From Octopus sinensis (Eukaryota): 64,000 bases of DNA. A program made the position numbers and the translations under genes. The first letter of the stretch is position 1. Each line of letters begins with the position of its first letter. Below the pieces are notes generated by a model. The model saw nothing but the letters and a program-made list of their open reading frames with translations, did no database searches and was not told the DNA's origin. The stretch covers positions 135,160,001-135,224,000 of the forward strand of contig NC_042999.1 of the NCBI RefSeq assembly GCF_006345805.1, written 5' to 3'. Shown one piece after another: positions 23,354 to 37,589 of this stretch.

Positions 23354-26300
23354 TCTGTTTTTATGTATTTATACCTTGTTGAATGTAGATATAACGAAAT
23401 GATGCCAACAGTGTCGCATTTTCAACTTGAAGAAAAAAGCCTTCCATATTCCAAGTCTTTGAGACTTTGCAGATTTAGTAGTTGTATGTATGTGGGGGTT
23501 ACTTTAAGAGATCACCAGAAATTGTGAGGCCAAGCATTTATAGTAAAAAATTTGAGAATCTTAATTGTCTGTTGTTCATGTGTGGGGAGTGAGGTTACAG
23601 TGTGATATTGTTTTGTTAATATTTATAGTGACTATATACTGATACTAAAAACTAAGTCAATATGTGCCTATTGGAAGAGCGACAACTGTAGAAACCGGGT
23701 AGGATTGAAGAATGTATGTAATGTTGTTGAAAAGGGGGGATAACCAATGAGACGTATGAGTTGAGATGACTGATAGTGCAGAAGAGGTGAATGGTAAAGA
23801 ACAGCTGAATTGTTATAAAGATACAGAAGGATGAGATGGGGGAAGAGCAAGATGACATGTAGTTGGATAGGTTGTAAGTGTGTAGGGGGAAAGGTAGGCA
23901 TCATGAATGAGGAAAGTGAAAAGTAATTTGATGCTCAGCCAGGTGTAAAATGTAAAATGAAAGTGGTGACAACATTGGTAAGAAAAATGGATGGATATCA
24001 AATGGAATGGTTCCAAGTACTGAGAAAAGATAATTGATATCAAGAAAAAGTTGGAGCTCACAATTTTGCTCACATTTAATTACTGTAGCTGAATACTGCA
24101 GTCAGAGAGTGGTGTAGATGTCTTGTGGAGGAAACTGGGTGAAGGGTTCCAATGGTATATACCTTTACACACATTATGTTATTGGAATCTCTGTTTTCTT
24201 GAGATGGGCAAGTCTTCTTTTGAACTACTTTGCCAGTCATCCCGGTCCTTTGTCATCTACTCAGTGATGGTCAAGGTTCTGAGATAAGCTGTCACCACTT
24301 CACCCCATGTCTTCCTAGGTCTGCCTATTCTGTGAGCTCCGTCCACATTAAGTGTTTAGAAGTTCTTTATATAGCTGTCCTCATCCGCATAAATCATATG
24401 TCCATACTAGCACATTGTGTTTCTTGTACATTGCATCTGATTCCTTTTATGTCCAATTTTTCTCTCAACATATTTGTTTTTTATCATTCATGCACACTTA
24501 CATTGCACATCCAATGAAAAATGCTAGGTTCATTTCTTTCTAGTTTTCTGGATTCAAATCCTATGTCACACTGCCATGCAGCATTGCAGTTCTAATACAA
24601 GCATCATACAACCTGTCCTTCACTTTGAGGGAAAGATCTTGTTGCTCGCAGTGGTAATAGCTACCTAAACTTTTTCCAGCCTTTTCTTACTCTGGCTACA
24701 ATACCTGTAGAGGAACCACCTTCCATACTAATTAAATCTCCCAGATAACAAAAACTATTCATTACTTTTAGTGAGTCGTCCAGACATTTAAGAGTATTTA
24801 TTTCTTATGTGCTCATAGAGCATACTGCTCCATTACATCTATCACATATAAAGCTTATTTCCTCTGTTAGTTTACTTGTGATTCCACTATATCTCTTGTG
24901 TATCCATAGCTTACAAGGGATACAGCATATGAAGTTTATACCTACTCCTTTTCTGCATATGGAGCAAGGCCATTCCCTTGATGATACCAGGGTCCTGTCT
25001 TCTTTCTGACTAAGTAAAATTTTAGTCTTTGTGAAGTTTACCTCAAGTCCTCTCAGTTATTGGTTTAACTTCTATACCTTGGATTTCGTCTGCAATTCCC
25101 CTATAAATTCAGGTATGAGAACTAGGTTATCAGCATATAGGAGTCTCAAACGCCTCTGTAATTGTTCTTTAGGACTATGAAGAATAAGAGAGGACCGAGG
25201 TCTGAACCTTGATGAGCTTCTACCTTCACACTGAATTCATCACTGAAATTGTTATTGACTTTCATTTTGCTTACTGTATTTTTGTGCATGGCTTGTACAG
25301 TCCTCACAAGCCATTCATAGTTTTCTCTGTATCAGTTTTTATTCAGATTGTTGCTCTTCTAGACAGATTGCTGTGCTGTGGCTATCAAGAATCCACATCT
25401 CTTGTATTCATTATGTTTTGGAGAAAAAAAAAAAAAAAAAAAAAGAGGCCCTTTCTGTATATAATATATTTCATTTCTTGTTTGCAGCCAGACTTCATCT
25501 GATATGTCAGACAGTTCAGAATCCCAACATCGACATAAAAAAATGAAGAAATCCAAGCATAAAAAGAAAAGAACACATTCTTCCTCTGAAAGCTCTTCCG
25601 ATTCTAATGCTGAACCAACTCTTGAACAACGTTTGAATGACTTTGATGCCAGGAAAATAGCTAGCATTGAAGAATATCAAGCTGAAAAGAGGTAGGCCAT
25701 TTAATGGATTTGTTGGCTCAAACTTTTTATTTATCTCGGTGCTATATTGGGATTGTTTTGTGTTTTATAAATGTCTTCCAAACATCTACTGGATTGGCTG
25801 AAGAGGGAGGCTCATAAGTTTTATTTTCATCATATGAAATAGACTAGCTTAAGGTGACCCGCTCTACGCGTGGGTGAGGGTGTGGTTGTTACTTTCTATT
25901 GCTTCCTTTCTGTTTCTTATCACCACATTTTCCCTCTTTGTTTCTCTCTCACTTTCCTACTCTCTTACTCTTCCTTTCTCTCGGCCTCTCCCTCACTTTC
26001 TCTTACTCTCTATCTTTCTCTATCTATCTCTATCTATCTCTCTCCCATTTATAAAAAATTAGATTTCTGTGCTTAAATTACAAATCTGCTTCCACTTTAC
26101 CATGTTGAAAATTAGATTGAAATTGGGCAAAAGGTGTCCAATCTAGACCCCAAAGTGTCCCCACAAATCAATAAAATCCCTGTTTTCACACTAAAGCAAC
26201 CACATTAGCGCCCCAAAACGTCTCCCAATCAATTTCTCACCTCAAGTTATCCCCTCCTGTAAATTTTAATCCCCTTCCAGCCCCACTTAAACCCCTTTTT

Positions 26301-29300
26301 ACATAAAAATCCAATTTGTATCAACGTTCACCTTCTTCATTTTATAGATTAGACATAAATACCTGGCCTTGCTTGGGATTAAAATAGTTTATTATCGTTT
26401 TACTTGTTTCGGTATTATAACCCGGTTTCATTCAGGTCTACGTGAGCCACATTTTAAAAGATGAGGAATTTTGCCCTTGAGGCCATGCCTTTCAATTGAG
26501 CAAACTCAAAGTTGCCATGCAAACTCGCTAGCACTTTTAACACAGGTGTGCATATTTTCAGCTCAATCCGACCACATATGCACACATTATATATATATAT
26601 ATTTAAATAAGAAAATGGAGGAACAAATTCATTTCGATCATCAACTTACAGATATAGTGGGTTACCCTCATAACCCCTATCTTACTTTGTACTATATATA
26701 TATATATACACACACATACGCATTATATATACATGTCTACATGCATATATATATATATATACACACATATATATAAATGTATACACTTTATATATATACA
26801 CATTATATGTATACACATTATATATATATATTTATATACACACACACATATATATAAATTAACTCAATATATCTGATTGATAATATCTTTTATGATTGTG
26901 CGGTGGTGGTGGGCAATAATAGTTCACCATTCTAACAGACCTGTGGCAGGAATATTTAAACTTTTGTGGCTGTCAACTCTTTCTCTCTATAGATACAGAC
27001 AGACGTACAGTTAGAGCAGTGGTGGGAGAAAGAGTGATAGAGAGACGAAGCTGTTAAACGTCGTTATAGAGAGAAAATGGAGGGAAGGAAGGAAAGAGAG
27101 AGATTGAGGAAGACAGAGTGATATCCGAAAGAAAGAAACGACAAACACTTGTCAAAGTCTGGGTTTTGTTGCCCTAGTAACCACAGCCTTTGAGATAGGG
27201 GTTTCTAACCTAGTCCACTTGCTTCCTCGCCTCTTTTTACATGACCCTGTAAATTTTGAAGCCAATCTGACCCCATCTAGTGCCCCTTAAACCGTTCCAA
27301 TCCCAAAATGAGACAAACAAATTTTTCACATTTCAGCTTTAGTACAGGATGCTAGTTTTCTAGGTTAGTATGCTAGTAACCTTTAGCTTTTTGAATTAAA
27401 TATCCTCTGCAGAAAAAAAGACAACAATGAAAAACAAGTGCTTGTAGATTTGGAACCATAGAGTATGAGCTATTAGTTGGACCAGTTGCTTATCTATTCT
27501 GAAATGGTAAATATCTTGTAGAATTTAATCAATTTGTTCCATCTTCACCAAATATTTCATCAACATGTAGTGTTTTCATGGAAATCTTGGTGTTCACCTC
27601 TGTTCAGAAATTAGTTACATAGGGTTACAAGTATAGTGAACTAGTTCATCAAACAATCAGACTTGACTTGTTATAAGCTCACATATTTCTTGTGTAGCAC
27701 TTCAATACCCCCCCCCCCCAGTTTATTGAATTCTTGTCTTTTTGTCATACCTTCCACTATCCCCCTCTATATAACAATGTAAAAAATCAAGTTGATGAAG
27801 GATCTTCAATGTGGTCACTAAACTTGCTTGAAATAGCATCAAATCTCCCTCAAACCACACCCTTTCATCATTACACAAAAAAGAAACATTAGATAATTTA
27901 GTTCTAGAATACTATGTTTGAATAAAAGACAAAATGGTCACAGCTAGAACATTCTAGCTGTTCTAGCTGTAGTTTTGAAATCATTACTCATGATCAGCTA
28001 CCTGCTTCTCCACCAAGTTGTCTTTTTTTTTTCTTCTCATTTTATTTGTATAATTTGGAATATCAACATTTTTTTACCCTAAAGTGCAAATTTATTTGTA
28101 TTTTTCTCATGTCTTATATTATTTGCACTTATATGCCCTGAATTCTAATAGTTGAAAAAACTAACGAGATATGATTTTTTCAGAAAGCTGAAGGAACTTC
28201 AAAAGGCTACTGAGACTCCTGAAGAAAAGCGAGCAAGAAGACTTAGTAAGAAGGTAATAACGATTTCTAATTTAAAATATATAGATGCATCCTGCTCAAA
28301 ATATCAGAATTCACCTCTTCTTATGGCATTCAAACTGACTTTTCAAATTCTCGTGGGATACACACACATGCACACATCTATACAGGGTGTCCCCCAAAAG
28401 CACATTGAATGATTATAAAATCAGTCTTTATAAAAATACATTTCATTTTCAAAATTTAATAGAATCTATTGACAGAATTTAATGTTTTTATGATCATCTG
28501 TTTTCAAACTAGTGTCCATTTGGATGACACTGATAACATGAAGCAATGGAATCGCAGACATCAAGAAACATTTCATTTGTGTTTGTGTACATTCTCATTC
28601 AATGGCTGCTTTTAATTTGTTGACGTTACTTCTTTTGCACCATAATCTTTAACTTTTACGTATCTCTATAAAAAAAATGTAGTGGTGTGACGTCTGGTGA
28701 AGGCAGAGGATATTCTACTGAACCTCTTTGTCCAATTCACTTGTTTGGCAAAATCTCCTCAAGGTAGGCCCTTTCATTACTATGGTAGTGTTGGGGTGCC
28801 CCATCTTGCTGGAAATAAAGCCCACATCTTCAGAGTCCTCTTAAATACTTAGCACGAAAAATTTCAAGTAAAAGGAACCAGTTACTGTACCAAAAAAAAA
28901 TGAATGGTTCAGTTAATCTTTTTGATGATAAGCTGCACCATGCTATAACTCCTGGTAAATAAACATGATGTTCCTCTGTAATATGTGGATTCTCAGATCC
29001 CCAGTAAGTGCAATTGTGGCAGTTAATTAAGCCACTTAGTTTAACTGTAGCCTCATTACTCCAAACAATCTTTATTGCAAAGTGCCAAGTACCACTCAGA
29101 AAACTCTACTCTTTAGTTTGGTTCATATTCATTGTGAGCATTGCCTATTCTTGGAATTTAACTTTTATAATGACAGCACTTTCAAGTGTGATGGGTACTT
29201 GATTTTGAAATTCCCATCTCACAACTCATCTACTATGCAAATTTCATTGAACCCTGAAAATAAGTTTCTAATACACTATCATTGTGGGGCTTGTCAAATT

Positions 29301-32300
29301 CTGCAGTCTTCTGCAATGTTTCTTGTGGACATTCTGAACAATTCCATCTGTTTCAAATTTATCTCTAATTTGAGTGATGGTAAGTCACATAGATGGATTT
29401 GTTTGAAACTCCTTCCTAAATTCTTTTTGTTCTTTGTGTTTTCAAACTTCCAGTTGTACTTTTGGATAAATTTCCTTTGTTCTAAGCTTAGTCTGGCTCC
29501 TTTCATTAATTATAATGGGTTAAATCCAAGAAGAAATGAAATTGGAGTTATTAGCTGTTAAAGTTTATGTGCAGTTTTGGGGACATCCTGCATATGCTTT
29601 TTTTTGAGTTTTATTTAAGTTCTTCTTAAGAGAGTTCAAGCTGGTCTCTGGGGAATCTTTGGAATGTCTTACAAATCTTCAGTGTGCTACTAATAGAGTG
29701 AATTTGGAGAATTCATTTTTTGTGTAAATTTATTGGTGCATAACCTAATGCATCTATGACAACTGGTATATATATATATAAAGTTTCATGCTTCAATCCA
29801 TTCCTACTACATTGTTATAGTTTCCCAAAGCTTGGATTACCTAACAGTCGGAGTTATCACCTTGGTTGTGATTGACTAAACCCTTCATAGAAATGCTCCA
29901 GCTTGGCCACAGTCCAGTGACTAAAACAAGTAAAAGAGGAAGTATGTGTGTTTGTGTTGTTAAGTAGTTCATTTCTGAACTGCATGGTTTCAGGTTCAAT
30001 CACACTATGTGGCACCTTCGGCAAATGTCTTCTACTATAGCCCCAGGCCAGCTAAAGTCTTGTGAGTGGATTAAGTTATAGCGTGTGTTTTGTGAAGGAT
30101 TTAGCTGTTATTTCTACCAGGTCATTGACCTTGTAGAGAGTCTTTAATTGGTTCTTATATGGACAGTATTGTCTTCAAATTTTTAATGAATAGCTTTATT
30201 TTCATTTCAGGAAGCCAAAGAACGTAAACGTAAAGAAAGAATGGGCTGGGATCAAGATTATTTGGTAAATCATTTTACTTGATTGTTTGTTTTGATTATT
30301 ACGGTTTCAAATGGTTACACATGTATGTGCACACACACACACACACACATACATACATAGATGCAGGCACACACAGGCTAACAGACATGTAGACACGCAC
30401 ACAGATATATGTATGTCTATGTGTGTGTATATTGCCAGCATGCTGATATGGGTTGGGTGTGTGACAGGATCTGGGAAGCTGCAATATTGTGCTGAGCTCA
30501 AATGTCAGCTTTGGCATGGTGTCTATGGCTGGATACCCTTCCTAATGCCAACCACCACTCAGTGACTACTGGGTGCTTTTTCTATGCCACCAACACAAGT
30601 GAAGTTGCTAACTAAGCTGCAGGACACAAAAGAACAAGAAAGAGAAAACATTCCATGGTTAAATGTGGGGGTGTTTTAGGGAGGTAAGCGGGTTTATCCC
30701 AGATACTGAGAGGCTAATACAGCAACAAGCACAGGTGTCTTGCTCTAGAGGAGTTACATGGCCACCCTACATTATATAAGTAGTAATTGGGAAGAAGATG
30801 ATGGTAATGGTGTGTCAGAGCAAACTCTCAAAATACAAGAAGGTGAACATAAGAAAGGATATGGTCAGTAGATCAGGGGGAAAGGAAAAACATGTACATA
30901 CATATACAATTTATATATCATCATCATCATCGTTTAGCGTCCGTATATATAAATGTATATATAAATGTATATATAAATGTATATATATATATGTATATAT
31001 ATATGTATATATGTATATATATATATGTATATATATATGTATATATATGTATATATATGTATATATATGTATATATATATGTATATATATATGTATATAT
31101 ATATGTATATGTATATATATATGTATACATATATCTATATGTATATATATATAGAGTGTATGTATGTATTGTACAGGATGCAGCAAAATGTTCTGACATA
31201 TTTGTAGTTTGTGTATGTATGTGTGTGCATGTGTATAAATGTTTATTTTTTATGTTCTTTCTTTCTGTCTAATAATGAAGTTTTCCCCCCCTTACAGGGA
31301 TACACAAATGCAGACAACCCTTTTGGTGATGAGCACCTGCTAGACACTTTCGTATGGCAGAGGAAAATGGAGAAAGAAGGCAAGAAAGGTGTTGCTGTGG
31401 AGAAACTACAGAAGATGCAGAAGGAGAAGATGGCTGAGAATAGGGTCCGTAATATTGAAATATATGATTTTTTTGTAGTTGATTTGTTGTTGAGTAGTTT
31501 TGTTTTGCTTTGCTTGAGTATATATCCTGAACGCCTTACTTCCCTGGGCATGGACACATTGAAACTCCGACGTCTGGCAGCTGACTTGGCAGACATCCAT
31601 AAAATTATCAACCATCGCACAAACAATAACTCTGAGCACCTCTTCAAACTCCACCCATCTAACACCCATGGACATATTTACAAAGTAAGAAAACAGCACA
31701 GCTCCCATGACTTCAGGAAACATTTTTTCACGCTGAGAGTTGCTGAAGCATGGAACAAACTGCCGACATCGGTTGTTAGTTGTCGGAGCACTGCATCCTT
31801 CAAAACTTCCATGCTTCCTGAGATTCGCCAACACTACACTTGATTTTTCTCCTCTCCATGCACACACGGGCATGTGTCTGACTCATGAATTGTTCGCTTT
31901 CCGGACATTTCTACATTGCTGCATGTACTTTATATGCACTTTCTGACAAGTTGTGGTGCACCTGAGCACTGTATACAATAATTTCATTATTATTATCATT
32001 ATTATATTAGTGACAATCCATGAGTACCAGAATAAGCAGCTGAGACCAGTCCAAATGTCTAAACTTCATACTGTCATGCAGTGATTGGTTATTGTTGTTT
32101 TAACTCCAGGTTAACTCTGATTAAGCAGACCTGTGATCAAAGGCCTTTTTGCACATTATGTGGGTCTGCCTCAGATTATATTATCTAATTTATTTTTTCC
32201 TGATATATGACCATAGGGTGTAATCTAAAAAAAGGATTATAGGGAGCTTGCTTCCTAGCTACATGGTTTCGGGTTCAGTCCCACTGCGTGGCACTTTGGG

Positions 32301-35300
32301 TGGGTGTCTTCCACTATAGCCCCGAGCTGACCGGAGCTTTGTGATTGAATTCGGTAGGTGGAAGTTACTGCCGTGTGTGTATGTGTGCGTATAGCTGCTC
32401 AGTGCTTTCCGAAAGAGAGAGAGAGGGGGAAGCTCCCTCATAAGCATAAATTGGTTGGTTATGCAATTTGGCAGTTTAGATATGTTTTTCTTTTTTGTGT
32501 TTATTCTTTGTTATCAAAGGCTCCAATGATGATTGATTGATTCTAGTTTCAGCTCACGAGCTGTGGCCATGCTGGGGCACCATCATTTGATTGCATCAAA
32601 TCAGAAGAATCTTGCTTTTAATTTTGCCAAAACTTAGTGAAATTAACATGTTTAATGTTCCTCTTGACTAGTTGTATGATGACAGCTGTTAGAAAAATAT
32701 GTGCAAGGACAGAAATCCTGAGGGCTAATATTTTGGGAAAGAAGTACCAGAAGTGTTGGTCAATGTGAGGCATGGGGTTCATGAAGACAATATGGGTGAC
32801 AACTTAGTGTGAAAGAAGTAAGTTGAGAGTGCTTGAGTAGAAGTGACACAAGAGCAACTAGTTCCAATTGACAGAAGTTACTGTAGTAGTGGTTGAAAAG
32901 ACAAAGAGGGGAGAGGGTACATCTTTGGGTCAGGGTGGAATATACAAGAATTTTAACTTGCAGGGCTGTATTAAATGGGAACCTATATCAGAGTTTGGGC
33001 ATAATGAAGTAATATTATAGTTGTTTTGTATATAAATTATGCTAGGCGTCGAGCTGGCAGAAACATTAGCACGTCGGACGAAATGCTTAGCGGTACTTCG
33101 TTTGTCTTTATGTCCTGAGTTCAAATTCCACCAAGGTTGACTTTGCCTTTCATCCTTTCAGGGTCAGTAAATTAAGTACCAGTTGTATACTGGGGTTGAA
33201 CTAATCGACTGCCCCCCCCTCCCCAAAAGTTTCAGGCCTTGTGCCTAGGGTAGAAAAAAAGTATATAAATTATGCTGTTTGTTTGGAACCAATTGAAGAA
33301 TTAGAAGATTTAAAGTCAGATATTTGGGGGTGGAGTTGTCACAAGAGGTTTTTCATTTTTACAAGTTTTATTTAACTTTGTAGCTGATCTTTGAATGGGT
33401 AAAAACTTTTTTATGATTTTCAGAGCTTGTAATTTATGTTAGTGGTAAAGAGCAGTTAATATCCACAAAGTTGGCTTAATCTGTGATATATTATATTGTT
33501 GATAGGTATCATCATTATCATCATTTAATATCCATTGTCCATGCTGGCATGGGTTGGATGGTTTGACCGGGCTGACATGCTAGAAGGCTGCACCAGACTC
33601 CAGTCTGATTTGGCAGTTTCCATTTATTACCCAAATGTTGTGTTTGTAAGTACTCACAGTGCTGCATGTTGAAAATGGTCCATCAGATTTTTGTTTTATT
33701 GGATAAGATGTGAAGTATCAGATAAGGTGATCTGGTACTCCTGAGGAGTATTTCAGGACATATGTAAGAAGGTTAAAAGTAATTTGAACTCTTTGAAAGT
33801 ACAAATAAGTGTCCACTAAACTCTCTGTCTTAATTCCTCATCAATCAATGTAGATCGTGATGTCTTCACAAGGAAGTTCAGGTCTAAATACTGATAGGAA
33901 CTTGCATTTATGAATGTTACTTTGATAGTTTATATCTAAAACATTGTTGTGTATTTTATGTATTTACATGGAATTTTCTACTGATTTTCTTCGTATTGCA
34001 GCGGGAACTTGAGAAAGTAAAGAAACGACGTCTTGAACGAGAAAAGGAACAAGAAGAGAGGGAGAAAGAAAGGGTATGTATATATAGCTTGTTTCTTTCT
34101 TTTACATATTAACAGGGCACAGTGGTTGATTAGTTGAGTACTGAGATAGTTGTTAAAAGTTTTAAAGCTACTGATTTTTCTTGTGAGTGAAGTTCATTTC
34201 TGATATATTCATATATATATTACAGAGATATACTTGCATAGCAAGTGACCTGATCTGAGATCGTGTGCTGAAACAAAATCAATTTACTGTATACCTCTCC
34301 TGTCTTCTCTCGGGGTGCTTACACTCTGTCGTGTATGCTACCACCCCTTCTTCCAGTCCTTCCATGCCTGTTTCTTTTTCCTAATGGCCCTGTTAACTAC
34401 ATTGTTCCACCACCATGTTACCTTGGGTTGAGAGGGGACTTTGCACCATCCACAGATCTGGTAAGTGGCCCTCAACAGGTTGACTTGGTGTTTGCTAGGT
34501 TGACTATAAGACCTTTCGATTCTAGACCTCATGGTTTGTCTGCCTTCCTACTTACTAAGACTTTGGTTTTTGCAAGATTGACTCTAAGGCTCTTTGAATT
34601 TAGACCTTGCTTCCACACCTGAAACTTCTCTAGTTCTAATAGTGACTCAGCTATTAGAGCAAGGTCAGTGTAGAGGAGCTCCCAGGGGCATCCTGCCTTG
34701 AATTCCTCTGTTATTGCTTGGAGGACTATGATGAATAAGAGGAGGCTGAGAACTGATCCTTGGTGGACCCTTGCCCCTACCCAAAATTCTTCACTGTGCT
34801 TGTTGCCAACCCTCACCTTACTGACAGCATCCCTGTACAACTCTCACTAACCATTCATCTATCCCTAGTTTCCTCATTGACCACCAGATAAGGGATTGTG
34901 GGACACTGTCAAAGGCTTTCTCCATGTCAACAAAAGCCAAGTACAGTGGTTTATCTTTGGTTGGGTATTTCTCCTGCAGCTGTCTTACTTGAAATATAGC
35001 ATCAGTGGTGCTTTTCCCTGGCACAAACCCAAACGGCATCTCATGTAGATGACTTTCTCCCTAATTAGTTGGGCTATGACCCTCTCCGTGACTTTTATTA
35101 CCTGATCCAATAACTCGACACCTCTGTAATTATTTGTATCTAATGCATCACCTTTACCTTTGTAGCAGTTGACTATAGTGCTGCTACACCAGTCATTGGA
35201 TATGACTCCTTCATGTATAACCTGGTTGACTATGTGGGTGACTAGACTATAGCAGACATTGCCAGATATCTCTGCGGTGATTCCTGATGGGCCAGGGGCT

Positions 35301-36926
35301 TTACACTTGTCTTCATGCCCTTAATTGCTTTATCTATCAAGGTACTGACAATTCGGATAGCTGGGCTGTCTGTTGGGTCAACATTTGACAGACTCTCTTT
35401 CTCCCAATCATTCTCTTTATTTAGCAGCCTTTCATAGTGGCATCTCCAAGTCTCTCTCCTTGCAGCCTTGTTAAATGCAAGTGAGCTGTCATCCATGTGG
35501 ACACATTTCTCTCGTATGACATCACAATTTTCTCTCATGCACTGTCTTGCAACACGAAGCACCTCAAGTCTTTGGTCCTCATGACACAGAACATTGGCAA
35601 ATTTTTTCTTATCTGCTTCCCCTCTGGCTAAATTAACCCTGTCTCCTACCTTCTCCTCTGGCAGTCTTATACAATTCTCTGCTACCACCATTCTTCCAGT
35701 CGTTCCATGCCTGTTTCTTTTCCCTAATGGCCCTGTTAACTACATTGTTCCACCACCATGTTACCTTAGGTTGAGAGGGAACTTTGCACCATCCACAGAT
35801 CTGGTAAGTGGCCCTCAACAGGTTGACTCTAAGACTCTTCGATTCTAGACCTTACATCCACACCTGAAACTTCTCCTCTAGGTCTGATAGTAACTCAGCA
35901 ATTAGAGCAAAGTCATCAGCATAGAGAAGCTTCCAGGGGTATCCTGTCTTGAATTCCTCCTTATATTAATGTCAGAGATCAACATTATATATACATTCTC
36001 AGGGTTAAATATTTGCTGTTATGTGTGGGGAGTAAATGATTGTATAACATATGTGTATATTTGTGTGTGTGTGTATGTGTGCACTCATGGATATATGTAT
36101 GCTCTCTTCTATTTTTAATTATTTGAAATCTTTTATAAAGAAGGGGCTGGGTTTTACAAAGATAAAATGCTCCATCATTGGAATTTAGATAACAAAAACA
36201 TAATGTGTGTGTGTATGTACGTGTGTATCTATGTTAGTTTTGTAATGTGTGTATCAGAAATAGTGAAGAGTGGAGTAAAGAGAGGTACAGTGTTTGAAGT
36301 AATGTTTCAAAGAATTGTATAGGTTTGAAATGATTTCTTAATATTTATTTTTTTCTGATAAAATATTCTTTCTATTTCTGGTTTCATAAAAGGAACGTCT
36401 GCAACGAGAGAAAGAAGCTGAATATTTCCGTGAGTGGGAAAAACAAGAAGACAGTGTAAGTTGCCATCTTGCCAAACTGGCTGTCATTTCTAGATATTAC
36501 AAACATCTCCATTTTACAGTGCATTACAACAAGAAACCTCTGTGATGTCACAACGGCTAGTGTGCAAAATGGGGAATTAAAACAACGAATTGAAATAATA
36601 AGTTTCAACAATTCAAAACAATTTGCACTGAAATGAAGAATTAGCAAATGCTAAATAGATTACTGTTAATAAGCTGTCTGTTTATACTCATGAAACATTT
36701 TTCGTCAAATTGATGTCACGATGGCTAGTGTGAAAAATGCCGAAATTTTATGATTTTTGAAAAATCAATGGTGATTAAAAATTGATTTTTTAAAAAATTC
36801 CAAAGGCATAAGCCCCACATATGTGTGAAGTTTCATCAAGGTCTGTTGGATAGTCTTGGAGTAGTTAAAGTAGCAAATTCACAAACACACAAACTTGCCA
36901 TTTAATACATACATACGTACGTACGT

Positions 36927-36999
<73 letters not shown>

Positions 37000-37551
37000 G
37001 GTAGCTGTTTACTTCTGTGTGAAGAAAGTTGTGAAAGTAAAGCCAGCAATGCTTATGCAGAATTAGACTACTGTCAGGTCAGAAGAAATTCAGCAGTATC
37101 AGCACCAAGCAGTGTTTAGGTATAAGCGAAATTAAAGTTAGTTAAAATATGTTTGTAACATAGTGAAAACTAAGGCTTTAAAATCTGCCCAGACTTACCT
37201 CTCTTTCATTTTTCCCACTGATAACAATTAAAGAGCTAGAAACACATCTGGGAATCCAATAGTGGGACAGCACTGGGTAGATTTTGGTGTTTTTACACCT
37301 TTTACTATAAGAGAAAATTTATTCTCCACAGTAACTGCAGTGAGTTTGCTTTAAGAAGTTGAAATATGTCATATATTTTAACTTAAAGTTCGCATTTACA
37401 CACACACTCGCACACACACTTGCTTTCATTAACATGTATATATCATTTTCTTTTTATCATTATTGTATTTTCCAGTTTCATTTACATCAAGCAAAAATGC
37501 GCTCAAAGATAAGAATCCAAGATGCTAGAGGTAAGTCTAATTTTTTTGCAT

Positions 37552-37589
<38 letters not shown>

